DNA of 64,000 nucleotides. Source: a virus (Duplodnaviria; Heunggongvirae; Uroviricota; Caudoviricetes). The first letter of the stretch is position 1. Each line of letters begins with the position of its first letter. The stretch is from the IMG/VR virus record IMGVR_UViG_3300042349_000626; one strand, given 5' to 3'. Below, in pieces: positions 20,501-30,645 of the stretch. The notes under the pieces are model-generated. The model saw only the letters and a program-made list of their open reading frames with translations, was not told where the DNA came from and made no database searches. A program made the translations under genes and the position numbers.

Positions 20501-23500
20501 AATATAACATTCACAGCTCAATTGCCAGTAGGCACACAAAGATTTGTTAATTTTAATGAGAACAGTTATGTAGTTACTGTTTTAGATAAAGGTTCTTCAA
20601 CTGCTGTCAACAATGGAGATATTGTTTACATTTCCCCAGAGAATGTTACTATTATTCAATCAGAAATTACTTCAAATCAAATTTCTGCTGGTGCTTTTGT
20701 AATTAATTTACCAACAAATTATTTTGGATCAATTCCTCTCGGAGGAACTTTCCCCAAGTTAAAACTTACCGCTACTATTGAAATAGATAAAGCAAGACCA
20801 AGATTAAAAACATCAATTAAAAATAAGAGAATTGTAATTATTTCTAGTGGTGATAGAGTTATTCCTCTGAGAGGGCAAGATTATGATGGCGAAACTATCG
20901 AGACGTTCTCATATTCCGACGCCTATAGATTAAGATATATTTACGAAGGAACCACAACTAATCCCCCTAAAGTTGATGCCAATGGCAATCTTGTCAGTGG
21001 AACTGATATCACATATAAATTCACATTTGATGATGGTCAAAGAGATACTTTCTATGATGTATCGAGAATTGTGTTAAAGCCTGGATTTGATCCTCCAAAC
21101 GGACAACTTGTAGTAGCGTTTGATTATTTTGAACATTCTCAAGGAGATTTTTCTACCGTAGATTCTTATTTACATGAAGCTGGTGTTTCTGTAGATGAGA
21201 TTCCTTTATTCAATTCTTCTGTCAATGGAGTAATTTCATTAAAAGATGCTGTAGATTTTAGACCTAAAGTTGATAGCGAAACAACAATTACAGGTTTCCA
21301 AGATATTTCAATTTTATCAAATCCTGCTGGAAGAGATTATATTAATTTTGTTGGTGCTGGCGGAGTTACTTCTCTATCTCCTGCTTCTGATAGTAATTTA
21401 GAATACACAGTTTCTTTCACAGAAACTCAATATCTTGATAGAATTGACGGAGTATTTTTAACTAAAAAAGGAGATTTTGTAGTCAAAGAAGGTAACTCAT
21501 CACAAAATCCATCTAGACCAGACCCAGTAGATGATGCTATAGCTTTATGTTATTTACATATTCCAGCCTATACTAATAATAGTAAAGACGTAAGAATTAT
21601 TTCTGTGAATAATAAGCGTTACACAATGAAAGATATTGGTAAGCTTGAGAAGAGAATAGAGCGTTTAGAATACTATACGACCTTAAGTATTCTTGAGCAA
21701 CAAGCATTAAATATGCAAATTAAAGATGAAATTGGTTTCGATCGATTTAAGAGTGGTTTTATTGTTGATAATTTTGAAGCCCACAAAATTGGCAATCTCA
21801 ATTCTTTAGATTATAAGTGTGCCATAGATTCACAACAATCTGTATTACGTCCACAAACTAAAGAAGATTGTTTCAATTTGGTTGAAGTTAATACTAGAAA
21901 TGACCAAAGAAGTGTTTCTGGTTACGTAAACAACAATGGTGTTATCACTCTCCCATATAAGAGTTTGAAGTTTTTAGGTAATGACAACGCAACAAAAACT
22001 TTAAATCCAAATCCTTTTGTTGTAATTCAATACGTCGGAGATGGATCTTTAACTCCTTCTATAGATCAATGGTATGACACCACAGTAGCTCCTTTGGTTA
22101 ATGATACAAATACAAAACTAAACAGCATATTCTTAGCCAAAGATTCCGTAAAAGAATCCTTTGCTAGTATCCACAATTCATTTATCGTGAATTGGACAGG
22201 CACTAACAAGGCATTTTATAATATAGAATCTCTTGCCAATATTAACAGTGAAGATACTCAATCTTCAGTAACTAGTGCTTCCGTAGCAAGTTCTTCTAAC
22301 GTAAGTCCACAAAACAACGAACTAGCTAAAGGCGTAAATTCAAAAACAGTTAATGATTTAAATGTTTCAACTGAACTACAGTTCTTTGCTCGTTCAATTC
22401 CAGTAAAATTTGTTGTTGGGAGATTAAAGCCCAATACTAGAGTTTATATTTTTATGGAAGGTAGAGATGTAGGTAAATGGACGATTCCTGATACTAGATT
22501 TACTGGAGTTCCTGGTAACTCATTATCTACTTTCAATTCTCCTCTAGTCACTGATCTAAACGGAAATTTAAGTGGTATCATTTTAGTACCAGCAGGAAAG
22601 TCTCCTGTTGAGAATAGCAGATGGACAGGTAATCCAGATACAGTTTCATACGACGAAAATTCTGAAGAAGTTAGATTTACATCTGGATATAAAACTATAA
22701 GATTTACTTCAAGTTCTTTGAATGAAATTAAGGAAAATGTAGAAACATACGCTGAAGTTAAGTTCTATTCTTCTGGCGTAATTCCACAAAATCCACCATC
22801 CATCGTATCCACAGACACCGCCACATTCAAAGCTAATGAAGGAGTTCAATTAGTAAACAGCAATACTGATATTGAAATTAAACCAAATCCATTAGCACAA
22901 ACATTTAAAATTGAAAACTATGCTGGTGGGGTATTTGTCACTGGAGTTGATTTATTCTTTGCTAAGAAGAGTTCTTCTATTCCAGTCAAAGCTTATTTAA
23001 CCAATGTTGATGTAGGAAAACCAGGAAAATATATTGTTCCTGGCACAGAGTGTACATTAAGACCAGAAACTTTATTGAAAATTTACGTTACTGGCGATAC
23101 AGAAACTATAACTATAGATAAATCTGAATTTGTCACTGGCAAAAATTCAAATGCTAGTGGACCTATTTTAAAAGTTTTTGATAAGAACAATATTCAAATT
23201 GGTGACGAAACTTCGGTAAGATTTGATTTAAATAAAGAACAAGTATATACTTTAGTACTGGAAAATCATAACGGCATTTCATTTGTTCAAAATGAACAGT
23301 TGATAATTTCTTCCGTTACTCAGTATAATGCCAGAAATAATACTAATGTCAATATTTTTATTGCCAAAGATTCTGGTAAAGTGGTTGATTTAAAAGTAAC
23401 TAATGTTGGTGAAAATTACACTAGCGCCACTATTATTGTCGAAAGTCCCCAACTTCCGGGCGGCAGCACAGCAACAGGTACAGTAGATGTGTCTGATGGT

Positions 23501-25639
23501 AAAATTTACAACACCACTATATCATTAAGCGGTAGAGGCTACACAGAAGCCCCTTCTGTGGTCATTAGAGGCGTCGGAACTGGGTCTGGTGGGGCAATCA
23601 TTGAATCAGTCATCGAGATCGATTCCCCAGCCGTTTCGATGGGCGTAGCTATTGATAGAGATGGTATAACACCTTCTACTGTCCCGACTAGATTTAATTT
23701 CAATCATCCAGTTTATCTACAAAATAATACTGAATATGCTTTAACTATCGAAACTGATTCCATAGAATATGAGTTATGGGCTTCTAAGTTGGGAGAAACT
23801 GAAATTTCTACTAGCAATATTGTTTCGTCACAACCTCTACTTGGATCAGTTTACAAATCACAAAATACAGATAACTGGACAGAAGATCTATTCGAAGATA
23901 TTAAATTTAGTCTTTACAAAGCAGAATTTGATATTTCAAAAAATGCTGAGCTATTGGCAACGAATGAAAATCTTGGTTATGAATTATTAGATGTTTCGCC
24001 ATTCGAAACTAGTGTTAGATCTGCCACAAATGCTACATCTTCACTATTTAAAAATAACAACTCAATCATTAAAGTTTCTCACAGAGATCATGGTTTTGAA
24101 GACAAAGGTAATTCTTATGTGTTCTTCAAAAATAGTGAAGATGTTGGTGGTATTTCTTCAGTAAGTTTAAACAGCAAGTTGTTTAGAATTACTAACAGTG
24201 GTATTGATACTTACAATATTATTGGACCCAACAGAGCTGGAGCTAGTATTTTAGGAGGAGGCAGTAAAGTGCTTGCTTCTTATAATAGAAAATTTGAAAA
24301 ATTATATGCTCAAGTGGCATTCTTAAAATTAGATGGCACTAATGTAGATTCGTTTGTTAAGACAACAAATGCTGTTCCAGTTGATTCAAATACAACCAAT
24401 TACCTATCATACTCACAATCAGATTTTGAAAAAACTTTCATTAATGAGGAACAATTTTTTACCAATCAAAAAGTTATTTCTTCTCGTATTAATGAAACTT
24501 TGAATCAATTAGATAGATCGTTAACTTACAAATTTGTTCTTTCTTCAACAAATTCTAATCTTTCTCCTGTAATTGATCTGAGAACTTCTTCTGTCAAAAC
24601 ACAGTCATCAAGAGTAGAAAATTCTACTGGATATGAAAATAGATATGGTAAGAGAGATCAAATATTAAGATTCTCGCCTCTATACAATTTAACTCTAACC
24701 GTAGTAGGAACAGCTGGACAAATATCACAAAATCAAACTTTAGTTGGAGCAACATCTAAAGCTGAAGGTACGATTGTTCAAATTACAAATAGTGTTGCTT
24801 TAATTAGATTAAAAACAAAAACTCCGTTTTTACAAAATGAAGCAGCTACATTAATTTCTTCTGATGGCACAGTAATTGATACTATTAGTATTAATATTTC
24901 TTCTATTTCTGAACTATCATTTAATTTCAGTGAAAATTCTAATGTACTTGCTTACTATCCTCAAAATGTAACCATAGAATATGCCAACAAAATTAATGGC
25001 AGAGTAATCGTCTGGGATTCCAAAGATAAAGAAATGATTATTGAAAATTCTTATGCTCCTATTAACAATGATTACACAAGTAAAATTACTAAAGATAGCG
25101 TTTTTGTAAGACAAGAAACACAAGCAAGTCAATCCCCTGATATTTTTAGAGTTGGAGATATTTTAAAATCTTCTGATGGTAGATACGTAGAAGTTGCTTC
25201 TATGGAATTTACTACTGGTGTAGATTACGTGAAAGAAACTGATGCTAAAAATAGTTCTGCTGCTGCCAAATATGTAACAAAAGAAGTTTCAATTAATTCT
25301 GCCGGATCTTCTATTGATGTTAGATTAACTATCAATCTAAAAAATACAGAAAACGTCAAGGTACTATACAAAATTAAAGAAACATCATCACAATCTAATT
25401 TTGATGATATTAATTGGAACTACTTTAATATTGACGGTAATCCAGATAATGATGATCTAGCAACAGCATCAAATTCAATTTCTGGTCAATTTGAAAAACA
25501 ATCATATTATCAAGAATTTAAATATAGTGCTCCTAATTTACCAGAGTTTACATCATTTGCTATCAAAATTGTTATGAAGACAGATGACCCAGCTTATGTT
25601 CCAAAAATTCAAGATCTTCGTGCCGTTGCTTCATACTAA
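17567..25639 (+). CDS. VrlC-like / DUF4815 large virion structural protein
   Basis: PYYDDFD..KNFYKVLFRPG..VQ.RELT.LQSILQNQ, ARRTYDESGDY, RYTMKDIGKLEKRIE.LEYYT.LS, PLAQTF and C-terminal P.I.DLRAVA. Confidence 0.88.
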   Translation: MPQKTNLNVAPYYDDFDSSKNFYKVLFRPGYSVQTRELTSLQSILQNQIESYGKFQFKQGELVIPGEVGLNNKLNYVKLSSVSEVAVNVDGNIVYQKYDIKKLVGSQLRGINSGVIASVISSEYGSEIESDTIFVNYLTSGDANNENTFRQGETLEVVGGVNTPLLVVGTDGSVLPTSIFVTNPITEETTSLQSPAMGYASAAEVNEGVYFINGYFVQNQTQILIIDKYYDKPSAKVGFVIQESIVTPEEDASLYDNSRGYSNFSSPGAHRLKISLELKKFDYLAQTDKNFIQLLQINSGVIERQIKPADYTLLEETLARRTYDESGDYVVDNFSFDVREYYQNNNNGIYKLDSATNKVNGLSLSEASSKLVLGVGPGKAYVKGFEIVNKETKSITVNKARDTLVKDNVTIKTKGLSQFKITNLYGSVPLNTIGDEITSTPNIYLNSVFNDGTIGLNNEESSIYFKQTKNRRSVPFTLSDGIRTIYVQVTGELPSLETDFPSKLWFIKTRSGGLASTVDYADVIGHSVVRRPEVSESSGQFYIEFTVVGKKSLLDSYLLEYDEGSPSKKRFLYLSESLALSNSSESIYGIVVDYNETITPIIGIAKPKDFSLVKRASGFNEDTDIVISKGRTGNNTRPYDATFNFSYFNPVFFTRIKLDSLVDAGFTTGKYIIGRTSRAYGVIESDTTGNYTFGNTLFVSTLSGTFLSGETILDEDGNSVKIAKDNTISHFIVTNGGNSYPSTSKIVINGQEIDQSKVSVSQYGGTIYSAKIISRDGISSTYSSPPIVTVTPAPSLSTNAATIVPVLNKNSVLTYTPQNIKSFSSTYNNHKFTADVDVTNTQYSTYTQISDFSFFGYKGRKYIECNGFGANLSKDLVQGDLIQFTDINNNVIRNIVQSVTDPEGITKSRIYFDYALPEDITNATIIRLRPNIENTNSSTLVFPTGSKQVGSLIKDTSDTKFKYYVRKDFITDLSSSGGNITFTAQLPVGTQRFVNFNENSYVVTVLDKGSSTAVNNGDIVYISPENVTIIQSEITSNQISAGAFVINLPTNYFGSIPLGGTFPKLKLTATIEIDKARPRLKTSIKNKRIVIISSGDRVIPLRGQDYDGETIETFSYSDAYRLRYIYEGTTTNPPKVDANGNLVSGTDITYKFTFDDGQRDTFYDVSRIVLKPGFDPPNGQLVVAFDYFEHSQGDFSTVDSYLHEAGVSVDEIPLFNSSVNGVISLKDAVDFRPKVDSETTITGFQDISILSNPAGRDYINFVGAGGVTSLSPASDSNLEYTVSFTETQYLDRIDGVFLTKKGDFVVKEGNSSQNPSRPDPVDDAIALCYLHIPAYTNNSKDVRIISVNNKRYTMKDIGKLEKRIERLEYYTTLSILEQQALNMQIKDEIGFDRFKSGFIVDNFEAHKIGNLNSLDYKCAIDSQQSVLRPQTKEDCFNLVEVNTRNDQRSVSGYVNNNGVITLPYKSLKFLGNDNATKTLNPNPFVVIQYVGDGSLTPSIDQWYDTTVAPLVNDTNTKLNSIFLAKDSVKESFASIHNSFIVNWTGTNKAFYNIESLANINSEDTQSSVTSASVASSSNVSPQNNELAKGVNSKTVNDLNVSTELQFFARSIPVKFVVGRLKPNTRVYIFMEGRDVGKWTIPDTRFTGVPGNSLSTFNSPLVTDLNGNLSGIILVPAGKSPVENSRWTGNPDTVSYDENSEEVRFTSGYKTIRFTSSSLNEIKENVETYAEVKFYSSGVIPQNPPSIVSTDTATFKANEGVQLVNSNTDIEIKPNPLAQTFKIENYAGGVFVTGVDLFFAKKSSSIPVKAYLTNVDVGKPGKYIVPGTECTLRPETLLKIYVTGDTETITIDKSEFVTGKNSNASGPILKVFDKNNIQIGDETSVRFDLNKEQVYTLVLENHNGISFVQNEQLIISSVTQYNARNNTNVNIFIAKDSGKVVDLKVTNVGENYTSATIIVESPQLPGGSTATGTVDVSDGKIYNTTISLSGRGYTEAPSVVIRGVGTGSGGAIIESVIEIDSPAVSMGVAIDRDGITPSTVPTRFNFNHPVYLQNNTEYALTIETDSIEYELWASKLGETEISTSNIVSSQPLLGSVYKSQNTDNWTEDLFEDIKFSLYKAEFDISKNAELLATNENLGYELLDVSPFETSVRSATNATSSLFKNNNSIIKVSHRDHGFEDKGNSYVFFKNSEDVGGISSVSLNSKLFRITNSGIDTYNIIGPNRAGASILGGGSKVLASYNRKFEKLYAQVAFLKLDGTNVDSFVKTTNAVPVDSNTTNYLSYSQSDFEKTFINEEQFFTNQKVISSRINETLNQLDRSLTYKFVLSSTNSNLSPVIDLRTSSVKTQSSRVENSTGYENRYGKRDQILRFSPLYNLTLTVVGTAGQISQNQTLVGATSKAEGTIVQITNSVALIRLKTKTPFLQNEAATLISSDGTVIDTISINISSISELSFNFSENSNVLAYYPQNVTIEYANKINGRVIVWDSKDKEMIIENSYAPINNDYTSKITKDSVFVRQETQASQSPDIFRVGDILKSSDGRYVEVASMEFTTGVDYVKETDAKNSSAAAKYVTKEVSINSAGSSIDVRLTINLKNTENVKVLYKIKETSSQSNFDDINWNYFNIDGNPDNDDLATASNSISGQFEKQSYYQEFKYSAPNLPEFTSFAIKIVMKTDDPAYVPKIQDLRAVASY

Positions 25640-25845
25640 TGGATAATCGTTATTTGAAAGTTGAAGGTCACGAAAATTTGTTTAGAGATGCTTCGACGGG
25701 AGCTATTGTCAATACAGACAAACCAGCTCCCAAAAATTTCTCTAGGCAATTTAGTAATGCCATTGATGACATAAATACTTTGAAGGAAGAAATATCTGAA
25801 ATCAAACAGCTTCTCAGAGAGATAGTAAGAAATGGCAGTTCTTAG
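25639..25845 (+). CDS. conserved hypothetical protein
   Basis: KVEGHENLFRD..TGAIVN plus a C-terminal coiled coil. TAATG-coupled to the VrlC-like gene. Confidence 0.8.
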   Translation: MDNRYLKVEGHENLFRDASTGAIVNTDKPAPKNFSRQFSNAIDDINTLKEEISEIKQLLREIVRNGSS

Positions 25846-28800
25846 ATCAGTTGCTAAAACCGATACCTTTGAAATTTTTAGGCAGAAGGTAAATCAAATT
25901 GCTTCGGATGTTTTTAGCATCTCAAGTGGGGGCAGTGATTTAGCTACAGGAAATCTCAAATTGGGAGATGGTACTAGAACTGCTCCATCGTTGGCATTTG
26001 ATTCTGATAATAGTTTAGGATTTTATAAAGCAAATTTAAAAACTTTTGGATTTGTTGCTGAGGGCAAAAAATTAATTGATATATCACCAACAGCATTTTA
26101 TTCATTTAGAGATTTAATCCTTCAAAAGAAGGTTTTAACGACCGAAGGAACTACAGTAACATCTTATGGTTCAAATTATGATCCCGGAACTTACAATAAT
26201 GTTCCTTTAATTGGTGGTGGTGGTGATGGAGCTTTAGCAAATATTACAGTAACATCATTTACTGGAGAAATTCTTTCTTCTGGGTCAGGATATAGATCTG
26301 GAACATTTTCAAATATTTCTTTGCTTGGTGGATTTGGAACAGGGGCAACTGCTGGGATTACAGTAAGTCCAGTTGATGGAGATATTACTAACGCAGGAAG
26401 TGGATATACCGGACAACAATACACAAATGTTCCGTTAACTGGTGGATCTGGAACTGGAGCATTAGCAACTATTAGTATTGGAGGAGAACTTAGTGGTGTC
26501 GCAGCAGGAACAGTAGTTCAAGTTCAAATTACAAATAGTGGACAAAATTACACAACAGGCAATGTTTTATCGGCAAATGTCAGTGATTTGGGTGGGCAAG
26601 GTTCTGGATTTCAATTTACCATAACATCAGATCCAGGTAAAGTTACTGATGTTAATTTTACAAACAAGGGTTCTGGATATCAAGCAAACGATATTTTAAC
26701 ACTACCCGTACCAGTAACAGGAGTATCAACTAATTTAAAAGGTTCAGTTGAAGGGGTGTCAACAACATTAAATACTGGATCTTCTGTTATTACTGTTGCC
26801 AGCACAACTGGAATATTGGCGGGGATGGAAGTAACTGCCGCTACAGGTAGTACTGGTTCTTTATCACCTTTAACTACTGTTTTGACAGTAAATAGTTTAA
26901 CTCAAATAACATTATCAACACCACCAACTGGCAATGGAGCAGCGTCGTTAAATTTCAGATCTTCAGGAAATTTATCAGAAATAACTGTATCTTCTGTTGC
27001 TGGTATTACTGCTGGAGCATTAGTATCTAAAACAGCTGGCACTGGAATATTAGCAGCAAATACTACCGTTTTTGCTGTGAATTCAACTACTAAAGTAATT
27101 ACTTTATCATCACAACCAACACAAGCAGGAACAGCTACGTTAACTTTTTCTCCAGCATATGGAGTACCTAGTAGCAATTTTCAATATGAAATTTTGAATG
27201 TTGGTGAGGTTGAACAATTCAGTATTTCTGATGGCGGTAATGGTTATTCTTTGACAGACGTATTATCCGTAAGTCCTTTTGATATTGTTCAACCAATTGT
27301 TTATACAGTAACAAATAAAAGTATTCAAAAAATAACTTTTGTTGGGACAGTAGCATCTTCTGTTTTTAGTGTCGGTGACACAATAGAATTTACTGGCGGT
27401 CTTATGCCAGAAACGGCAGAAATTTATAAAATAAACACAAGCGGATCAAATATTGTTTCAATTTTAATCGATGATATAGGTTTAGAATCATCTGATGTTA
27501 TTACAAAACAAGGTAGTGCCACACAGTATACAGTAAATACTGCTATTTTATCGTATAAATTTTTTATTGATACTGGATCGGGCTCTCAAATCACACCAAA
27601 TTTAGTATTGTATTCTGGAAATACTTATAATTTTAATTTAACAGATAATTCAAATAATGGTCATGTATTTTCGTTCAGTAAATATCGTGATGGTATTTGG
27701 TCTCCTAGTTTTATTGAAAATGTAACCGCCGAATTGACAACTACATCACCGATTATTGTTGTTTCTAGTACAACAGGAATACTTCCTGGAATGGACGTTT
27801 CGATTACTGGAGGAAGTGGTTCATTAGCACTAGATACAAAAGTATTATCGGTTGATATCGCAAATTCTACGGTAACATTAACTAGTACTCCTCAATCAAA
27901 TGGTTCAGTTACATTGTCGTTTAGAGGAAATGCTTTTACTGATGGAGTTACTAGATCTAATTCAATTTTATCAATAAAAGTAACAGAAACTACTCCAAAT
28001 CTTTATTATTACTGTGCCACCCAAAGTTCTTCTCACGTTGATGAGGGTGGCGACAACAATCAAGAGTCTTTAATCACAATTAATGTTAATAATCCTAAAG
28101 TATTTGGTAGTGGATTTTCTGCTACAGTATCTGAATTAAGTTCGACAGATATAATCAGCGGTAGTATAGAAACTGGAGAGTTCACCGCAGCATCTTTTTC
28201 TAGCGACGATGCGACTTTTGTTTCTGCTTCTGTAACAGAAACTTTAACTGCTCCAACAATATCAGGCAGTAGTATTACAGCTAACAGTATAACATCCCCA
28301 GCAAATTTATCATTAACAGCAACAACAGTTAATGTATTGGGAAATTTTAAAGTTGGTACAAATATTGACGTAGTTTCTAACACAGGAAATATTACTACCT
28401 CGGGTGTTTTAAGAACTAATGGAACATTGAATGTTAATAATATTTTAACAATCAATAACAATAATATTGCTACTGCTACTGGTAATGATATTGAGTTAAC
28501 ACCTCCAGTGGGTAGAGTAGCAAAAGTAAATACGACAACTGCTATCATTATTCCATCAGGAGATTCTTCACAAAGACCTTCTGGATCTATTGTTGCCGAT
28601 GGTGCTATTCGCTTCAATACAGATACCAACCAATACGAAGGCTACAGTGCTACAACTACTTCATGGTCATCTTTAGGTGGTGTACGAGATCTTGATGGCA
28701 ATACTTATATTGCTGCCGAAGCATTTACTGGTGCTAATGATAACATACTATATTTCTTTAATGATAATAACAACACTTTAAAATTAACTACATCATACTT

Positions 28801-30079
28801 AGATTTTAATACAGTAAAGAAAATTCGTTCGCTTGATACTACTTTACCCACATATACTAATTGGCAATCAAATACCCCAGTAGAATTGGGAGCTTATGTA
28901 AAGTATAGAAATAATCTTTATGAAGTAACTACTAGAGGAACAACCGGAACTTCTGGTAATGAACCAGTTCACACATCTGGAGTTCAGCCTAACGGAACAG
29001 CACAATTAACTTGGTACATTTCTGCTGTAGCACCATTAGTTTTTGAAGAGATTGAAGAATTACAAGTCGGTCCACTAGGAAATCTCCCTCTTGTTATTAA
29101 TAGTGATTTAAGACTAGCAAATAATGTAATTTCAACGGATATCAATGATGTTGTAATTAGACCAAATTCAGGTAAAAAAGTTACTATTGATGCCGCCACA
29201 TCTCTAGTAATTCCTGCTGGTGATGGTAATAGTAGAGGATCAGCTTCCCAAGGTTCTATTCGTTATAACACAACAATTTTACAATTTGAAGGATATGACG
29301 GAAGTAATTGGACTAGTTTGGGCGGCGTAAAAGATGTAGACGGCAATACTTATATTATTCCAGAAACTGCTCCCGGAACTAATGAAAATATTTTATATTT
29401 CTATAATGATGGCGAAAATACTTTACGTTTATCAAAAACAGCTTTAACTTTCCAAACGATCTCTACAATTTCATCGAATTCGGATACTTTAGCTATCAAT
29501 GCTAATTTAGTAACGTTTGATAATTTAGCATCATCAATTGATAACTCAGGAACATCTACATTTATTTCTTCTACCCAAATTAATTTAGATTTAGGTCTGT
29601 CGGTTGGTCTGACAAATAAACATCTATTGAGATTAAATACCTCTGGAGATATTATTATTAATAGAGGATTTGGTACATCAATAGAAAATAATTTAACTGT
29701 ACTTTCAAATGAATTAAAAGATTTTGAATTAGATGATACTAAATTATCTACAGCTGATATTAATTTGATAAAAGGAACAACAAATACTGGTTCTTCGGTA
29801 GTCTATTCTCCATCAATTGCCTCAGGATCTAAAATTGTAGTTTCTGCTCATAATAATACAACCAATGATGTCGAAATGGTAGAGTTTAATGTTTCAGCCA
29901 AGGGAACAGATATTTACCACACAGAATATGGAAATTTAGTTACTGGTGGTAATTTGATTGATGTTACATTTGATTTTGATGCTTCTAGCAATGTCAGAAT
30001 AAATTTTGCCTTGAACTCTTCGGTTCAAACAGGAAATCAGGTAAATATTACAGTAGTAAAAACCATTATTAAGAAATAA
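25832..30079 (+). CDS. virion structural / fibre-like protein, 1415 aa
   Basis: N-terminal TDTFEIFRQKVN, G.GY beta-module repeats, two G.IR.N...EGY...W.SLGGV.D.DGNTYI repeats and a cupredoxin-like segment. Confidence 0.8.
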   Translation: MAVLRSVAKTDTFEIFRQKVNQIASDVFSISSGGSDLATGNLKLGDGTRTAPSLAFDSDNSLGFYKANLKTFGFVAEGKKLIDISPTAFYSFRDLILQKKVLTTEGTTVTSYGSNYDPGTYNNVPLIGGGGDGALANITVTSFTGEILSSGSGYRSGTFSNISLLGGFGTGATAGITVSPVDGDITNAGSGYTGQQYTNVPLTGGSGTGALATISIGGELSGVAAGTVVQVQITNSGQNYTTGNVLSANVSDLGGQGSGFQFTITSDPGKVTDVNFTNKGSGYQANDILTLPVPVTGVSTNLKGSVEGVSTTLNTGSSVITVASTTGILAGMEVTAATGSTGSLSPLTTVLTVNSLTQITLSTPPTGNGAASLNFRSSGNLSEITVSSVAGITAGALVSKTAGTGILAANTTVFAVNSTTKVITLSSQPTQAGTATLTFSPAYGVPSSNFQYEILNVGEVEQFSISDGGNGYSLTDVLSVSPFDIVQPIVYTVTNKSIQKITFVGTVASSVFSVGDTIEFTGGLMPETAEIYKINTSGSNIVSILIDDIGLESSDVITKQGSATQYTVNTAILSYKFFIDTGSGSQITPNLVLYSGNTYNFNLTDNSNNGHVFSFSKYRDGIWSPSFIENVTAELTTTSPIIVVSSTTGILPGMDVSITGGSGSLALDTKVLSVDIANSTVTLTSTPQSNGSVTLSFRGNAFTDGVTRSNSILSIKVTETTPNLYYYCATQSSSHVDEGGDNNQESLITINVNNPKVFGSGFSATVSELSSTDIISGSIETGEFTAASFSSDDATFVSASVTETLTAPTISGSSITANSITSPANLSLTATTVNVLGNFKVGTNIDVVSNTGNITTSGVLRTNGTLNVNNILTINNNNIATATGNDIELTPPVGRVAKVNTTTAIIIPSGDSSQRPSGSIVADGAIRFNTDTNQYEGYSATTTSWSSLGGVRDLDGNTYIAAEAFTGANDNILYFFNDNNNTLKLTTSYLDFNTVKKIRSLDTTLPTYTNWQSNTPVELGAYVKYRNNLYEVTTRGTTGTSGNEPVHTSGVQPNGTAQLTWYISAVAPLVFEEIEELQVGPLGNLPLVINSDLRLANNVISTDINDVVIRPNSGKKVTIDAATSLVIPAGDGNSRGSASQGSIRYNTTILQFEGYDGSNWTSLGGVKDVDGNTYIIPETAPGTNENILYFYNDGENTLRLSKTALTFQTISTISSNSDTLAINANLVTFDNLASSIDNSGTSTFISSTQINLDLGLSVGLTNKHLLRLNTSGDIIINRGFGTSIENNLTVLSNELKDFELDDTKLSTADINLIKGTTNTGSSVVYSPSIASGSKIVVSAHNNTTNDVEMVEFNVSAKGTDIYHTEYGNLVTGGNLIDVTFDFDASSNVRINFALNSSVQTGNQVNITVVKTIIKK

Positions 30080-30081
30080 AA

Positions 30082-30591
30082 ATGGCAACTAATTTAAAAG
30101 AATTTGATTCTGTTGGTGGTTTTTCGGTAGATAAAACTACAGTAATCAACAACCTTAAAGATGTAAAAAATATAAACACATTAGAATTAAAAAATAGTCA
30201 GTTTGGTGATAGTACAAGAACTCAATATATTTTGAGAGGTACTAATACAGCTATTCTTGGTTTAGATGCTATTGGCACTCAAATTATTTTGCCTAGTAAT
30301 ACAGCCAGTTTCATTACTGCTCATATCATTGGTGTAAATACCAGTGGTGGAGGTCACTATTCAGTTAAGATTGAAAGTACTGTTACTTGTAACGAAGTTG
30401 GCGATGTTCAAGTTCTTTCTAGTTTGACTACTATTATCAAAGATAGTATTCCGTCTGGTCAAGCATGGACAGTAGAAGCTTATGATGGCGGAGCAGCAAA
30501 TCGTTTCAGTTATTCTGCTGTTAGAGCGGGAACAGTTGAAACTATCAAATGGATATCTACAGTAGATGTAGTTAATATTTTGTGGTCTTAA
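30082..30591 (+). CDS. hypothetical structural protein
   Basis: 169-aa ORF starting with EFDSVGGFSV, within the structural operon. Confidence 0.75.
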   Translation: MATNLKEFDSVGGFSVDKTTVINNLKDVKNINTLELKNSQFGDSTRTQYILRGTNTAILGLDAIGTQIILPSNTASFITAHIIGVNTSGGGHYSVKIESTVTCNEVGDVQVLSSLTTIIKDSIPSGQAWTVEAYDGGAANRFSYSAVRAGTVETIKWISTVDVVNILWS

Positions 30592-30595
30592 TAAA

Positions 30596-30602
30596 CTAAA
30601 TA
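30596..30602 (+). promoter_or_regulatory. late promoter motif
   Basis: CTAAATA in the intergenic gap before the 3075-aa gene. Confidence 0.6.
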
Positions 30603-30645
30603 TAACTAAGGAATAAGAAATTCGGAAGCGGAGCAACATAGTAAA

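Noticed and set aside
28060-28629. 189-aa minus-strand ORF and the many other antisense ORFs inside structural genes
   Set aside because: They are shadow frames of strongly supported plus-strand genes, with no recognisable motifs.
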